Below are positions 16,694-26,742 of a stretch of 64,000 nucleotides of DNA, piece after piece. This stretch comes from Thermoplasmatota archaeon (GTDB lineage: Archaea > Thermoplasmatota > Penumbrarchaeia > Penumbrarchaeales > Penumbrarchaeaceae). Position numbers and translations under genes: made by a program. Where the stretch lies: assembly GCA_025457865.1 (NCBI GenBank), contig JALOTP010000001.1:96457-160456 (forward strand). Reading direction: 5' to 3'. The notes under the pieces were generated by a model. The model was given only the letters and a program-made list of their open reading frames with translations, had not been told where the DNA came from and did no database searches. Numbering within the stretch: position 1 is the first letter of the stretch; the number at the start of each line of letters is the position of its first letter.

Positions 16694-17946
16694 TTTCCCA
16701 CCCCCTCTATGATGCTCTTACCACCAATGATGACCCTGTCAACATGGTTGGTCCCCATCTGATAGACGACATGGTCGAAGGAAGCTTCCTTGAGGACGAC
16801 CATATCTGCATCGTAGCCCGGTGAGAGCCTCCCCTTCCTGTGCGACAGACCAACGGCCTTTGCCGCGTTCACGGTGGAGGCGGCAAGGACCTGATGTGGC
16901 GTCATTCTAAGCCGGTAGCAGGCAAGGGCCATGACGAACTGCATGGAATGGCACATACAGTTGGGGTTTAGGTCCGTTGCCAGGGCAATGGGTAGGCCGA
17001 GAGAGAGCATCTCCTTGACGGGAGGTATCCTTTCCTCAAAGAGCGAAAGGATGGTGGCTGGGAGCAGGACCGGTACTGTTCCGGAAGCCTTCAGTGCTTC
17101 CAGGTCGCTCGCCGTCGAGACCAGCAGATGGTCAGCTGAGGCCGCCCCGAGGTTGGCACCGACGATGGTCCCTCCAAGGTTCTCTATCTCATCGGAATGG
17201 ACCTTGGTGCCGAGCCCTGCCGCCTTGGCAGCTGAAAGGAACCTCCGGGACTGCTCCGCAGAGAACACCCCCTTCTCGCAGAAGATGTCCGCAAAATCGG
17301 CTAGTCCCTCGCTCTTAACGGCTGGGAGGATGGAGATCATCAGGTCCAGGAACCCATCGCTCCTGCCTTTGTACTCGGGCGGGACCGTGTGGGGTCCCAT
17401 GAAGGTAGCGACCCTCTCGACAGGGTGGGAGGAACCCCTGACCGCTCTGAGGAGGTCCATTTCGGTCTCGGGGGTTAGACCGTATCCCGATTTCACCTCT
17501 GCGCAGGTGGTCCCGTGGACCATCATGATATCAAGGTGTCGGTCCAGTTCCCTTATGAGCGTGGGGACCCCCAAGGACCTTGTCTCCCTCACGGTCCTGA
17601 GTATGCCTCCGCCGCTTGCCAGGATATCCAAATAGGAAGCGCCTTTGAGCTTCATGACTAGCTCGTTCTCCCTTGTGCCGCCGAAGACCGCATGGGTATG
17701 CGGATCGACGAACCCAGGCACCACGGCCTTGCCCTTGCAATCTATGCAGAGCGCATCAGGGGCCAGTTCAGCATCCTTCCAGATATCCTTCTCCGGTCCG
17801 ACCCTGGTGATGGTCCTGCCTGACGCGGTGATGGCGGCATCCTCTATGATAACAGGGGTTTCCATGGCCTCGCCACCCACGGGTCCGGGGAAGCTGTAGA
17901 GCCTGCCTATGTTGTGAAGGATGAGGGTCTCATTGAGCTCGGTCAT
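16690..17946 (-). CDS. hutI: imidazolonepropionase
   Basis: PGFVDPHTH, GGGILRTV..TR, EVKSGYGL, DIFCEKGVF, HSDE, SADHL and ATDLNP. Confidence 0.95.
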   Translation of the reverse strand: MTELNETLILHNIGRLYSFPGPVGGEAMETPVIIEDAAITASGRTITRVGPEKDIWKDAELAPDALCIDCKGKAVVPGFVDPHTHAVFGGTRENELVMKLKGASYLDILASGGGILRTVRETRSLGVPTLIRELDRHLDIMMVHGTTCAEVKSGYGLTPETEMDLLRAVRGSSHPVERVATFMGPHTVPPEYKGRSDGFLDLMISILPAVKSEGLADFADIFCEKGVFSAEQSRRFLSAAKAAGLGTKVHSDEIENLGGTIVGANLGAASADHLLVSTASDLEALKASGTVPVLLPATILSLFEERIPPVKEMLSLGLPIALATDLNPNCMCHSMQFVMALACYRLRMTPHQVLAASTVNAAKAVGLSHRKGRLSPGYDADMVVLKEASFDHVVYQMGTNHVDRVIIGGKSIIEGVGN

Positions 17947-18039
17947 GGAACCTACCCCTGATGTTCCTTAAAGGGGATAGACGATATTGGGATTAAACAG
18001 TAATGGGGAAAGGATGGGTGAGGAGGCCTTTTTCGGGAC

Positions 18040-21000
18040 CTATGTCCGGTGCCTTGGAAGCGTTATGGTGAACTTCGCTCCCTGTCCGGAGACACCCTCG
18101 ACCCTATCGCTGACGACAATGCTGCCCCCATAGCGGGTGACGAGCTCCTTGACGAGAGAGAGCCCTATCCCGCTGTAGGTATAGCTGGACCCCCTGATGT
18201 GCCTGTCGAAGATCTTGGTCTTCTGCTCATCGGCTATCCCCATGCCGTGATCGGATATCTCTATGACGACCTCATTCTGGGTCCCACCCAGTGAGATGTC
18301 CACCATAACTGGGTCCTGGTTCTGGAACTTCACAGCGTTGTGGAGCAGGTTGAAGAAGACCTCCTCGATGACAGGTTCGGCCGAGACCAGGGCCTTCCCT
18401 CTGGACGGTCCGAAGGATATTTTCATCTCCTTGTTCCCATAGAGCCCTTTGACCTCTTTTATGGACCTTGTTATGAACGGAACGAGGTCTATGGGTTTGA
18501 AGTCGCTTTTCATATCTTTCAACCTGGACAGAAGGAGTACGTTTCTGACGAGTTTGACGGACCTCTTCTCCAGCTCATCTATATGCTGGAGCGCGGTCTC
18601 TCTCATGACCGAGTTGGTAGAGCTCGACCTTGCAAGCGCCGTCCAGCCCTGGAGGCCTTGATGGATGTTTCCTATATCGTGGGATAGGAGGTCAAGGTAG
18701 AACTCGGCCCTGTTCTTCTCCGATTCGATCTGCTGTCTTGACAGGATGCGATCCGATACATCCCTCACGACGCCAACCAGGGAGACGCTCCCATCCTTAT
18801 TGTTCACCAACCTTGCCACGGTATTGACGTGGCGGATGCCCCCATCCTTATGGAGGGTCCTGACCTCGAAGTTGAAGATCTCTTTCTTGCGTACCATTAT
18901 CTCCAGCTGGCCCAATGCTATCTCCAGGTCATCGGGGTGGATGAAGTCGAGGAAGCTCTTGCCAAGGACCTCCTTGGGTTCGTAACCGAAGATGTCCTTG
19001 ATCTGAGGGGAGCAGTAGATCAGGGTCGAACCCATGTCAACCTCTATGACGGCGTCGGATAGGTTGTTCAGGAGGGTCCTGTACCTCTCCTCGCTCTCTT
19101 TCAAAGCCTCCTCCGCTCTTTTCTGGCCCGTGATGTCCCTTATTATGCTCAAGAACGAGGTGGGGTTGCCATTCACGTCGAAGAGGACCGATGAATTGAC
19201 CTGTATCCTTTGGTGTGAGCCGTCCTTAATGATTATATCATACTCCGTGCCTATGGAACTGCCGTCCTCAAGTGTCCTTCTAAAGTTCCCAAATGCGGAT
19301 CTCCTGTTCTCTTCGTTCATGAGGTCGCCTATGTTCTTTATGCATGCAAGGAACTCCTCCACAGTGGCGACACCATAGTTCTTGGCCGTACTTTCGCTGG
19401 CGTAGAGGATATTCCCGTTAAGATCATAGATGATTATAGGGTCGGGAGATGTAGAGATCAGCGTTCTGTAATATTCCTCACTCTGTGCCAACGCATCTTC
19501 TGCCCTTTTCCTGTCCGTAATATCGCTCATGAAATTGAGGGTGGCCGGCCTGCCCTCCCACTCGATGAGGACCGCATTGATCTCTACCCATCTTACGTCA
19601 CCGTTCTTGGTAACGAGCCTGAAGGAGTATTTGGGCAGGTCCTTCGAGCCCTGAAGCCTTTTCCTATGCCTTTCCGCGACAAGTGCCTTGTCTTCGGAAT
19701 GGATGAAATCCAGGAACGATCTGGAATAGAGCTCCGATTCCGTATGGCCCATTAGCCCCAAGCCCAATGGATTGATGTACTTCAATCTCCCATCCTGGGC
19801 GACGAGGATCATCTCGGATGCATTCTCCACGAGCAGTCTGTAGCGTGCCTCCGAGGACTTGAGCAGCTCTTCGGCCTTGATCCTATCCGTCAGGTCCGTT
19901 GCTATGCTCAGGATGACCTTCTGCCCGCTCCATTCCGCCAGCTTGGTGAGGACCTGCAGAGGGACGAAGGAGCCATCCTTCCTTCTATGTCTGACACCAA
20001 AGACCATCTCATGGCCTTTTTGAAGCTCGCCCATCCTCTCCTCTATCAGTGCCTCGCTCTCGGGGACGTCAAGTTGATGGAGGTTGAGCTCCAGGAACTC
20101 TTCCCGGGTGTACCCGTGGAGTTCGAGGTTCCTTCTGTTCGTGTAGAGGAAATTACCCATGAAATCATGGACCGATATTGCGGCCGGTGAGAGGTCCAAC
20201 AGCTCGTTGTCAACCATGATCCGCTCGAGCTGGGCCTCCCTCTCGGAGACATCGTTGAAGAGGACCGCGACCTTTCTGTGCTCCGTTCTGAAGACATGGA
20301 CCTCATATATGCCTTTGATGTCGCCATGTTCGTATGGAAGTCTGTCCACGAACCAAGGCTTCCCATCCTGGGCGACCTCCCTATACCTGACCGGGACATC
20401 GGTCCCTGCAAGTCCTGGAAAGGCCTCCTCCAGGGTCCTCCCGAGCAGGTCGGAGACCTTTATGTTCAGTATCCTGTCGGCAGCGGGATTGGAATCCCTC
20501 AGGATGAGCCTGTCATTCTCATCGAGCTCGTAGAGGAATATGCCAATGGGAGAAGCTTTGAGTATGTTCCTGAACCTCTCGTTGCTCTCCATCAGAGCCT
20601 CGTCCGATGACCTCATTTTTGTGATGTCCTCAAAGACGACGAATGACTCGATGGGCTTTGAAGTGACCTGATCGAAGACCGGAACGGCATCTATCTTGAC
20701 CCAGACCCTCATCTTTTTGATAGGGTTGAACAGGCCCATGACCGTATCGAGGACCTCCCTCCCCTCCGTGAGAGCGACCATCGATGGATGCTCGGCCCCG
20801 GGGAAAGGGCTGCCGTCCTCCCTGATGGCACCCCACTCCTCGTTCTCGGAGGTCCTCTGGAGCATATCCTCGAGGTCCACCCCCAATATCTCCGTAGCGG
20901 CCTTGTTGGCCATGATAATGCGTCCATCAAGGGCCTGGTGGACCACACCCTGTTTCATCGTGTCGAACAGTATCCTGAAACGGTCCTCCGGACCTATGAC

Positions 21001-21099
21001 GGACTCTGGGCCCTTGCGGTCCTTACCTAATCTGGACACAGAAGTTCTCTTGGGCATGGAAGGCTCCATCAAGGAGGGCAGAACAGAGGTCCCCCTCAT
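18040..21099 (-). CDS. cytoplasmic sensor histidine kinase with six PAS domains
   Basis: Six PAS/PAC units ending D(I/L/V)(T/S), H-box LSHDIGN, N-box NLLHNAVKF, DHGMGI and GIGLSLV. Confidence 0.93.
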   Translation of the reverse strand: MRGTSVLPSLMEPSMPKRTSVSRLGKDRKGPESVIGPEDRFRILFDTMKQGVVHQALDGRIIMANKAATEILGVDLEDMLQRTSENEEWGAIREDGSPFPGAEHPSMVALTEGREVLDTVMGLFNPIKKMRVWVKIDAVPVFDQVTSKPIESFVVFEDITKMRSSDEALMESNERFRNILKASPIGIFLYELDENDRLILRDSNPAADRILNIKVSDLLGRTLEEAFPGLAGTDVPVRYREVAQDGKPWFVDRLPYEHGDIKGIYEVHVFRTEHRKVAVLFNDVSEREAQLERIMVDNELLDLSPAAISVHDFMGNFLYTNRRNLELHGYTREEFLELNLHQLDVPESEALIEERMGELQKGHEMVFGVRHRRKDGSFVPLQVLTKLAEWSGQKVILSIATDLTDRIKAEELLKSSEARYRLLVENASEMILVAQDGRLKYINPLGLGLMGHTESELYSRSFLDFIHSEDKALVAERHRKRLQGSKDLPKYSFRLVTKNGDVRWVEINAVLIEWEGRPATLNFMSDITDRKRAEDALAQSEEYYRTLISTSPDPIIIYDLNGNILYASESTAKNYGVATVEEFLACIKNIGDLMNEENRRSAFGNFRRTLEDGSSIGTEYDIIIKDGSHQRIQVNSSVLFDVNGNPTSFLSIIRDITGQKRAEEALKESEERYRTLLNNLSDAVIEVDMGSTLIYCSPQIKDIFGYEPKEVLGKSFLDFIHPDDLEIALGQLEIMVRKKEIFNFEVRTLHKDGGIRHVNTVARLVNNKDGSVSLVGVVRDVSDRILSRQQIESEKNRAEFYLDLLSHDIGNIHQGLQGWTALARSSSTNSVMRETALQHIDELEKRSVKLVRNVLLLSRLKDMKSDFKPIDLVPFITRSIKEVKGLYGNKEMKISFGPSRGKALVSAEPVIEEVFFNLLHNAVKFQNQDPVMVDISLGGTQNEVVIEISDHGMGIADEQKTKIFDRHIRGSSYTYSGIGLSLVKELVTRYGGSIVVSDRVEGVSGQGAKFTITLPRHRT

Positions 21100-21214
21100 T
21101 TCTTATACATTACTAACAGATTTCCTGTCTTACTACTAGTTTGCTCAGATTATATTAACCTTGAGATATCAGAATCAGCTCAGGTGATGGACGGAGCATG
21201 TCGTTGGATGACGG

Positions 21215-21559
21215 TCATCTTTCGTATTTATCATATTTCAGGTCCTTACCTTTGACGAGAGCGGCAGGATAACGCTTCTTATTCTTCTCCATCTTCCCGT
21301 TGAAGACCGTTGTCAGGTCCACTCCTTCCCTGATGGAGAGGTCAAGGAGGAAGAAGAGGACGTCCGCCATCTCGTCTCCGAGAGCTTCTCTGTCGGGCTT
21401 TCGGTCCCAAAGATAGAGCTCCTGCAGCTCGGCGGCCTCTATTGAGAGCGCCATGGCCACATCTTTGGGGCGGTGGAACCTCTCCCAGTCCCTTTCCTTG
21501 ATGAAAGGGTCTATGAGAGCTTTGAGAGCGTTCAGGGTAGTATCGGCATCGGCTGACAT
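21215..21559 (-). CDS. MazG-like nucleotide pyrophosphohydrolase
   Basis: ERDWERFH.PKD.AMALSIEAAEL.E, DEMADV and KMEKN..RYP. Confidence 0.9.
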   Translation of the reverse strand: MSADADTTLNALKALIDPFIKERDWERFHRPKDVAMALSIEAAELQELYLWDRKPDREALGDEMADVLFFLLDLSIREGVDLTTVFNGKMEKNKKRYPAALVKGKDLKYDKYER

Positions 21560-21654
21560 GATGGGATGTAATTGTTAGGAACGGATAAATGTTGATGTTA
21601 AATGATATACGAAAACCTTTTAGGCTCCTCGTCCATGGGCTGTCTAGTGATATC

Positions 21655-22854
21655 ATGACCCAGATAGAGGACGTAGTCATCAGGAAGATACTTGACAGCA
21701 GGGGAAATCCGACCGTCGAGGTCGAGGTATGGGCCGAGGACGGCTTCGGGATGTTCGGGGCTCCGAGCGGTGCCAGCACCGGGAAGTATGAGGTGACGGC
21801 CTTCCCCAAGATAGGGGTGGACAAGGCGATATCCGTCTTCAGGGAAGAGATAGTACCACAGATGGTGGGTATGGACGTCCTCTTCCAGGAGGAGATGGAC
21901 GAGATGCTCCGCGAGACAGACGGGACAAAGGACCTATCCAGGATCGGAGGGAACCTGATAGTGGCCGCATCCATAGCCAATTCCAAGGCGGCGGCCGATT
22001 CTTTGGGTATGCCCTATTACCGGTACCTGGGGGGACTTATGAGCATGGAGCTTCCGTACCCCTTGAGCAACGTCCTTGGCGGTGGAAAGCATGCCATAGG
22101 CGGGACCGACATACAGGAGTTCCTTGTGGTACCTCAGGGCGAGACCTTCGTCGATTCCGTCTTCGCGGCCGCCGCCGTCCACAAGAAGGTGGGTTCCCTT
22201 TTAAAGAAGAAGTTCCCTGGTGCTGCCCTTGGCAGGGGGGACGAGGGCGCATGGGTCGCAAAGCTCGGCAATGTGGAGGCCCTTGAGCTCGTCTCCAAGG
22301 CATGCCAGGAGGTCTCCGATGAGGTCAAGTTCCCCGTCCAGCCCAGCATGGACGTCGCCGCTTCATCCTTCTTCGAAAAGGGGAAGTACAAATACTCCGA
22401 CAGGACCCTTGACAGGGATGGTCAGGTGGCTTTCATGGCAGAGCTTCACGATAAGTTCGGCCTTTTCATAATAGAGGACCCCTTCGACGAGGAGGATTAC
22501 GAAGGGTTCGCCATGCTCACCGACCAGATAGGGGATGACTGTCTGATAGTCGGGGACGATCTCTTCGTGACCAATGAGGAGAGGCTCGATAAGGGTATAG
22601 AGATGGGAGCCTGCAACGCTATCCTCATAAAACCCAACCAGATAGGGACCCTCACTTCGACCATAGAGACCGTGAAGCTCGCCCAGGAGGCCGGCTACCA
22701 GACGGTCCTGTCCCATCGCTCGGGAGAGACCGAGGACCCAACGATAGCCCATCTGGCCGTCGCCTTCCGCTCCATCTGCATAAAGACGGGTGCGGTCTCC
22801 GGAGAGAGGACAGCGAAGTTGAATGAGCTCATCAGGATAGAAGAGGACATCTGA
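21655..22854 (+). CDS. eno: enolase
   Basis: ILDSRGNPTVEVE, APSGASTG, IQEF, GDEG, IEDPF, VGDDL, IKPNQIG and SHRSGET. Start trimmed to ATG 21655. Confidence 0.97.
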   Translation: MTQIEDVVIRKILDSRGNPTVEVEVWAEDGFGMFGAPSGASTGKYEVTAFPKIGVDKAISVFREEIVPQMVGMDVLFQEEMDEMLRETDGTKDLSRIGGNLIVAASIANSKAAADSLGMPYYRYLGGLMSMELPYPLSNVLGGGKHAIGGTDIQEFLVVPQGETFVDSVFAAAAVHKKVGSLLKKKFPGAALGRGDEGAWVAKLGNVEALELVSKACQEVSDEVKFPVQPSMDVAASSFFEKGKYKYSDRTLDRDGQVAFMAELHDKFGLFIIEDPFDEEDYEGFAMLTDQIGDDCLIVGDDLFVTNEERLDKGIEMGACNAILIKPNQIGTLTSTIETVKLAQEAGYQTVLSHRSGETEDPTIAHLAVAFRSICIKTGAVSGERTAKLNELIRIEEDI

Positions 22855-22887
22855 GACTTTGTTCTATATGGTAGAAAGGGTCTATGA

Positions 22888-23463
22888 TCACATGGTCCCC
22901 TTCCTTTTTCTGTCGAGCAGTCCCTTCAATCTAAGGAAGGTCTCCCTGTCCAATTCCCCCTTCATGAACCTCTCAGCAAGCTCGATGAGCATCTCATCGA
23001 TGAGGTCCTCGTTCGAGACGTACTCATAGACCGTTCCAGAACCCTTCTCCACTTCCATGACCGCCCTGTGCTCCTTGAGTGAGCGGACGATCCGGTACAA
23101 TCGGGACTTAGATATGTCTGTCCGCTGGAGGAGCTGGTCCGGAGTTAAGCCAGGTTCGCTCCTTATCATTTCGAGGACCTTTCTCTGCTCGGGTAGGATC
23201 CCTTCCCAACCTACGGTTCTGGACGGGTCATGGGACGATGAGTAATAGGTCCTCATCCTACCGGTCTTCCTGGAGAAGACCTCACGCTTTTTCTCAAGGA
23301 ATCGCAGATGGTATTCCAGTGTACCCTTGTTCAGACCCAGGGACCTCTGTAGTGAGCTGAAGGAGATGCCTGGGAGCGAACGGATCCTCTCAAGCAGCAC
23401 TTGCCTGGTCCTGTGGATGTCCGCTTCCTCGGTAACGGCCATGGGATCGACCAGCCCCATCAC
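22888..23463 (-). CDS. double winged helix-turn-helix transcriptional regulator
   Basis: PGISFSSL...LGLNKGTLEYHL..LE and a second unit EPGLT...L. Start overlaps the upstream stop. Confidence 0.85.
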   Translation of the reverse strand: MMGLVDPMAVTEEADIHRTRQVLLERIRSLPGISFSSLQRSLGLNKGTLEYHLRFLEKKREVFSRKTGRMRTYYSSSHDPSRTVGWEGILPEQRKVLEMIRSEPGLTPDQLLQRTDISKSRLYRIVRSLKEHRAVMEVEKGSGTVYEYVSNEDLIDEMLIELAERFMKGELDRETFLRLKGLLDRKRKGTM

Positions 23464-25688
23464 TCCTCATGGAGGATAGATCTGAGAGCTGAATAGATTT
23501 CCCCATCATAAGTGTCTCTCCTTGCTTTCAAGGCCTTCTTCAGTTCGGTCCTCCTTGAATCCCTTGGCAGTTTCACACCTTCGAAGGGGGCTGTCTCGAT
23601 CTCGGAATAAACTATCCTTTCTCTCAAAGTATCGAACTGGACGTCCATCGGTCCGTTCCGGGGCAATCCGTCAGGCGACAGGCGTTCGGACCATACCTGG
23701 GTAACCGATCCCCCTTCGAAGGTATGCGGGGTCATGCGGGGGGTAGGAACATCGATAAGGTCATCCACATGAGATGGCGCCTCTTCTTTCCTCTTCCTTT
23801 CCCTCTTATAAATGAAAAGGGAGATGATGCATAGGAACAATACGAGACCTGATGCGATCAGAACGAAGGGAAGGGAGCTCTTTTCATCGACACGATCCTT
23901 CCCGGCCACATCCAATACCACTATGATCTCGCATGTTCCATTGTAACTGTCGATCGCGCGCAGTCTGAGCGTATAGGTCCCTTTGTCCAGGGTAAGGTTC
24001 AGAAACTCTCCCTCCCCCACCAATCCGATACCGTCTATGTACCATTCGTACCTTACAGAGTCGCCATAGGTTAGGTCCAGGTCAAGCGATGAGGCCGAAA
24101 GGGTGAACGTTTCACCGCCCTTCACTTCCTTTTCGGGGGTCGATATCGATGCGTTGGTTGGCGGTCTGTTCGTTTCCGCGGTCCAAGAAAAGTCATCTGT
24201 CTTGTTATCTTCGGAAGGATCATCGGTGGTATTCCCATCATCGGTAGTACCATTATCTGGCGGTGTACTGTTGTCTATCGGTGTTGGAATGTAGTTCATG
24301 GTCACGTTCCAGACAGTTTCAAATCCGCTCTCATATACATGAGTGACAACAAAATAGCTCAGTCCGCTCCTATTGGAGTAATTGAAAATGAGGAGATCAG
24401 TATCTATAAGGAATGTCTCCTCATGACGGTCAAGCTTCCCTACCGTATAGTCAGAGGCAACCTTGTGGCTAGAAATACCAGCGGAATGGATCTTTTCATC
24501 GACGCCCTCATCATACGAGGAATAATAGAAAAGACATTCTCGGTATTCCTCGAGGAAATCGAACTCTAGAAGCCCAACAACGGGCACTTCCCGTATAGGT
24601 ATTGTGACGTTTGGATCGACCTTTGCAATGAATGGATAGCTACCACTTTCGTAGTCAATATCGCTGATGTTGATCCTATTGTCCTCACTTTCAGCATCGA
24701 ACCTACCGTTCCCCTGGACTATGTTCTTATAAAGGTTTGGGAAATGGCCGTTAAGGCTAAAGATGCCGCTACCAAGGTTGTTCCTTATAGAATTGTAGAA
24801 CAGGTTGCTGTTTGCCGTGGTAACGACTCCATTCTTTTTATTTCCCTCTATGAAATTATTGAAGATGAGGTCACCAGAGCTATCGACGACATAGCACAAT
24901 CCAAAGCCAAAATTATCGCAAAGCTGATTGCCAGCGATGAGGCTTTGTCTAGTATTGTTGAGGTAGAGCCCTCCGTTCGAGTTGTTATGACAGCTGTTGT
25001 TCCTGATTATTAGGTTGAACCCATGATGGATACGGATACCATATCCATAGGAGTCCACTTCATTTCCTACCAACCGGGTGCAATTGTTGCCCATACCCTC
25101 CAGGAAGATACCGGAACTACCCTGTAATCCATGTCCACGGATCTTATTGAACATGATATCGTTCCAATGGTTATCTTTGGCCAACCTTATCCCGCACAAT
25201 CGGTTACCGTTCATCTCATTATTTTGTATCAGGTTATTGTCCGACCGGTTGAGGAAAACATGACAATTGCTACTGTTCTCAAACAAATTCTCCCGAATGA
25301 CCACATTCTCGGCATTAAAGAGCGATGCTCCGAACGCTGCATAATTGAACCTACAGTTCTGGACAGTGATATATTTCGTGGTATTGGCGATGAAAATCCC
25401 GAAAAGGGGATTATGGTAAGGGCCCCCTCCATCGAAAAAGAATCCTTCTATGATGTAAGGATCGCTCTCTGTCCCGGTCCCCGAGACAACACCGTTGCCG
25501 GCCGTGAAGTCGGAATCGCCCTCTATGAGTATCGGCTCATGCAGCTCGTACTGTCCCCTTGTTCCATCGATGATCGGGCCGGTCGTTCCATCGGACGTAT
25601 CGACCGACAAGAGCACCGGCAGGACCAGAAGCAGGCACAGCAGGGTCGTTGCTTTTCCACAGGACATGGGTTTACGCTCCTTTTCCAT
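23460..25688 (-). CDS. secreted right-handed beta-helix (NosD-like) + PKD protein with C-terminal TM anchor
   Basis: Signal peptide, HEPILIEG...GTGTESDPYIIEG, parallel beta-helix repeats (N.I.NN), PKD-like YEWYIDG, and a TM segment followed by KRERKRK. Confidence 0.85.
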   Translation of the reverse strand: MEKERKPMSCGKATTLLCLLLVLPVLLSVDTSDGTTGPIIDGTRGQYELHEPILIEGDSDFTAGNGVVSGTGTESDPYIIEGFFFDGGGPYHNPLFGIFIANTTKYITVQNCRFNYAAFGASLFNAENVVIRENLFENSSNCHVFLNRSDNNLIQNNEMNGNRLCGIRLAKDNHWNDIMFNKIRGHGLQGSSGIFLEGMGNNCTRLVGNEVDSYGYGIRIHHGFNLIIRNNSCHNNSNGGLYLNNTRQSLIAGNQLCDNFGFGLCYVVDSSGDLIFNNFIEGNKKNGVVTTANSNLFYNSIRNNLGSGIFSLNGHFPNLYKNIVQGNGRFDAESEDNRINISDIDYESGSYPFIAKVDPNVTIPIREVPVVGLLEFDFLEEYRECLFYYSSYDEGVDEKIHSAGISSHKVASDYTVGKLDRHEETFLIDTDLLIFNYSNRSGLSYFVVTHVYESGFETVWNVTMNYIPTPIDNSTPPDNGTTDDGNTTDDPSEDNKTDDFSWTAETNRPPTNASISTPEKEVKGGETFTLSASSLDLDLTYGDSVRYEWYIDGIGLVGEGEFLNLTLDKGTYTLRLRAIDSYNGTCEIIVVLDVAGKDRVDEKSSLPFVLIASGLVLFLCIISLFIYKRERKRKEEAPSHVDDLIDVPTPRMTPHTFEGGSVTQVWSERLSPDGLPRNGPMDVQFDTLRERIVYSEIETAPFEGVKLPRDSRRTELKKALKARRDTYDGEIYSALRSILHEE

Positions 25689-25875
25689 CGCTATGGCGTT
25701 GAGGCCGTTACCGGCTTATGAATGCATTATGAGCTTGGAAGAACAAGCTGGCCAAGAAGGGGTATTTCCCCTTTCTGTTCTTATCGCGTGATCATCCCCA
25801 TATCACTATCCCTCCCGACGGGCCCTTCAGAAACCCTTTTTAGCAGCCATGGGCTTGACCCGACGGCGAAACAAG

Positions 25876-26742
25876 ATGAAGCTCCTCTGCGGCTCTTCCA
25901 ACCCGGCCCTCTCAGCCAAGCTCGCAAATGCTCTGGGATGCCCTATCGTTCCTGCTGAGATCAAGCGGTTTCCAGACGGCGAGCTCTACACAAGGCTGCT
26001 GGAGCCTGTCAGGGGGGAGGACCTGGTCATCGTCCAATCCACATATCCGGACCATAACGCTATGGAGATGCTCATACTCTCATCCCTGGCAAGGGACCAA
26101 GGGGCCAAGAGTGTCATGGGGGTCATACCCTACTTCGGTTACGCCCGGCAGGACCGCGTGTTCAAAGAGGGCGAGTCCTTCACCGCAAGGACCATGCTTC
26201 GGCATCTGGAGCTCGCATTGGACCACATCATCTGTGTCAACCTCCACAAGGAGGCGACCCTGAGGGAGCTCTCGAGGCCCGGTTCGGGCACTAATGTATC
26301 GGTCATGGGGGAGATAGGCTCCTTCCTCAAGACCAAGGGGATAGACATGGTCCTATCCCCCGACAAGGGGGCCATAGCCTATGCAAGGGAGGCTGCCGTG
26401 ACGGCGGACTGCCCCTACGATAATCTCGAGAAGACCAGGCTCGACGGCATGAGCGTGGTCATGGCGCCCAAGGACCTTGACGTCAGAGGTAAGAGGGTCG
26501 CCATCGTGGATGATATTATAGCAACGGGCGGGACCATAGTGAAGGCCCAGGAGATGCTCAGGGCCCAGGGTGCCTCCCGTGTTGTGGCATGCTGCGCTCA
26601 CGGCCTCTTCACATCAGGAGGTCTGGAAAAGCTCAGGCCGGTCCTTGACGGCGTCCTCTCGAGCGATACCATAGAGGGAGCGACCAACGGCTATTCCGCC
26701 GCCGGTCCGATAGCCAGAGCGGTGAAGGATGTGGTCGTTTGA
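25876..26742 (+). CDS. prs: ribose-phosphate pyrophosphokinase
   Basis: RFPDGE, PYFGYARQDR, SPDKGA, LEKTR and IVDDIIATGGT. Start trimmed to ATG 25876. Confidence 0.96.
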   Translation: MKLLCGSSNPALSAKLANALGCPIVPAEIKRFPDGELYTRLLEPVRGEDLVIVQSTYPDHNAMEMLILSSLARDQGAKSVMGVIPYFGYARQDRVFKEGESFTARTMLRHLELALDHIICVNLHKEATLRELSRPGSGTNVSVMGEIGSFLKTKGIDMVLSPDKGAIAYAREAAVTADCPYDNLEKTRLDGMSVVMAPKDLDVRGKRVAIVDDIIATGGTIVKAQEMLRAQGASRVVACCAHGLFTSGGLEKLRPVLDGVLSSDTIEGATNGYSAAGPIARAVKDVVV

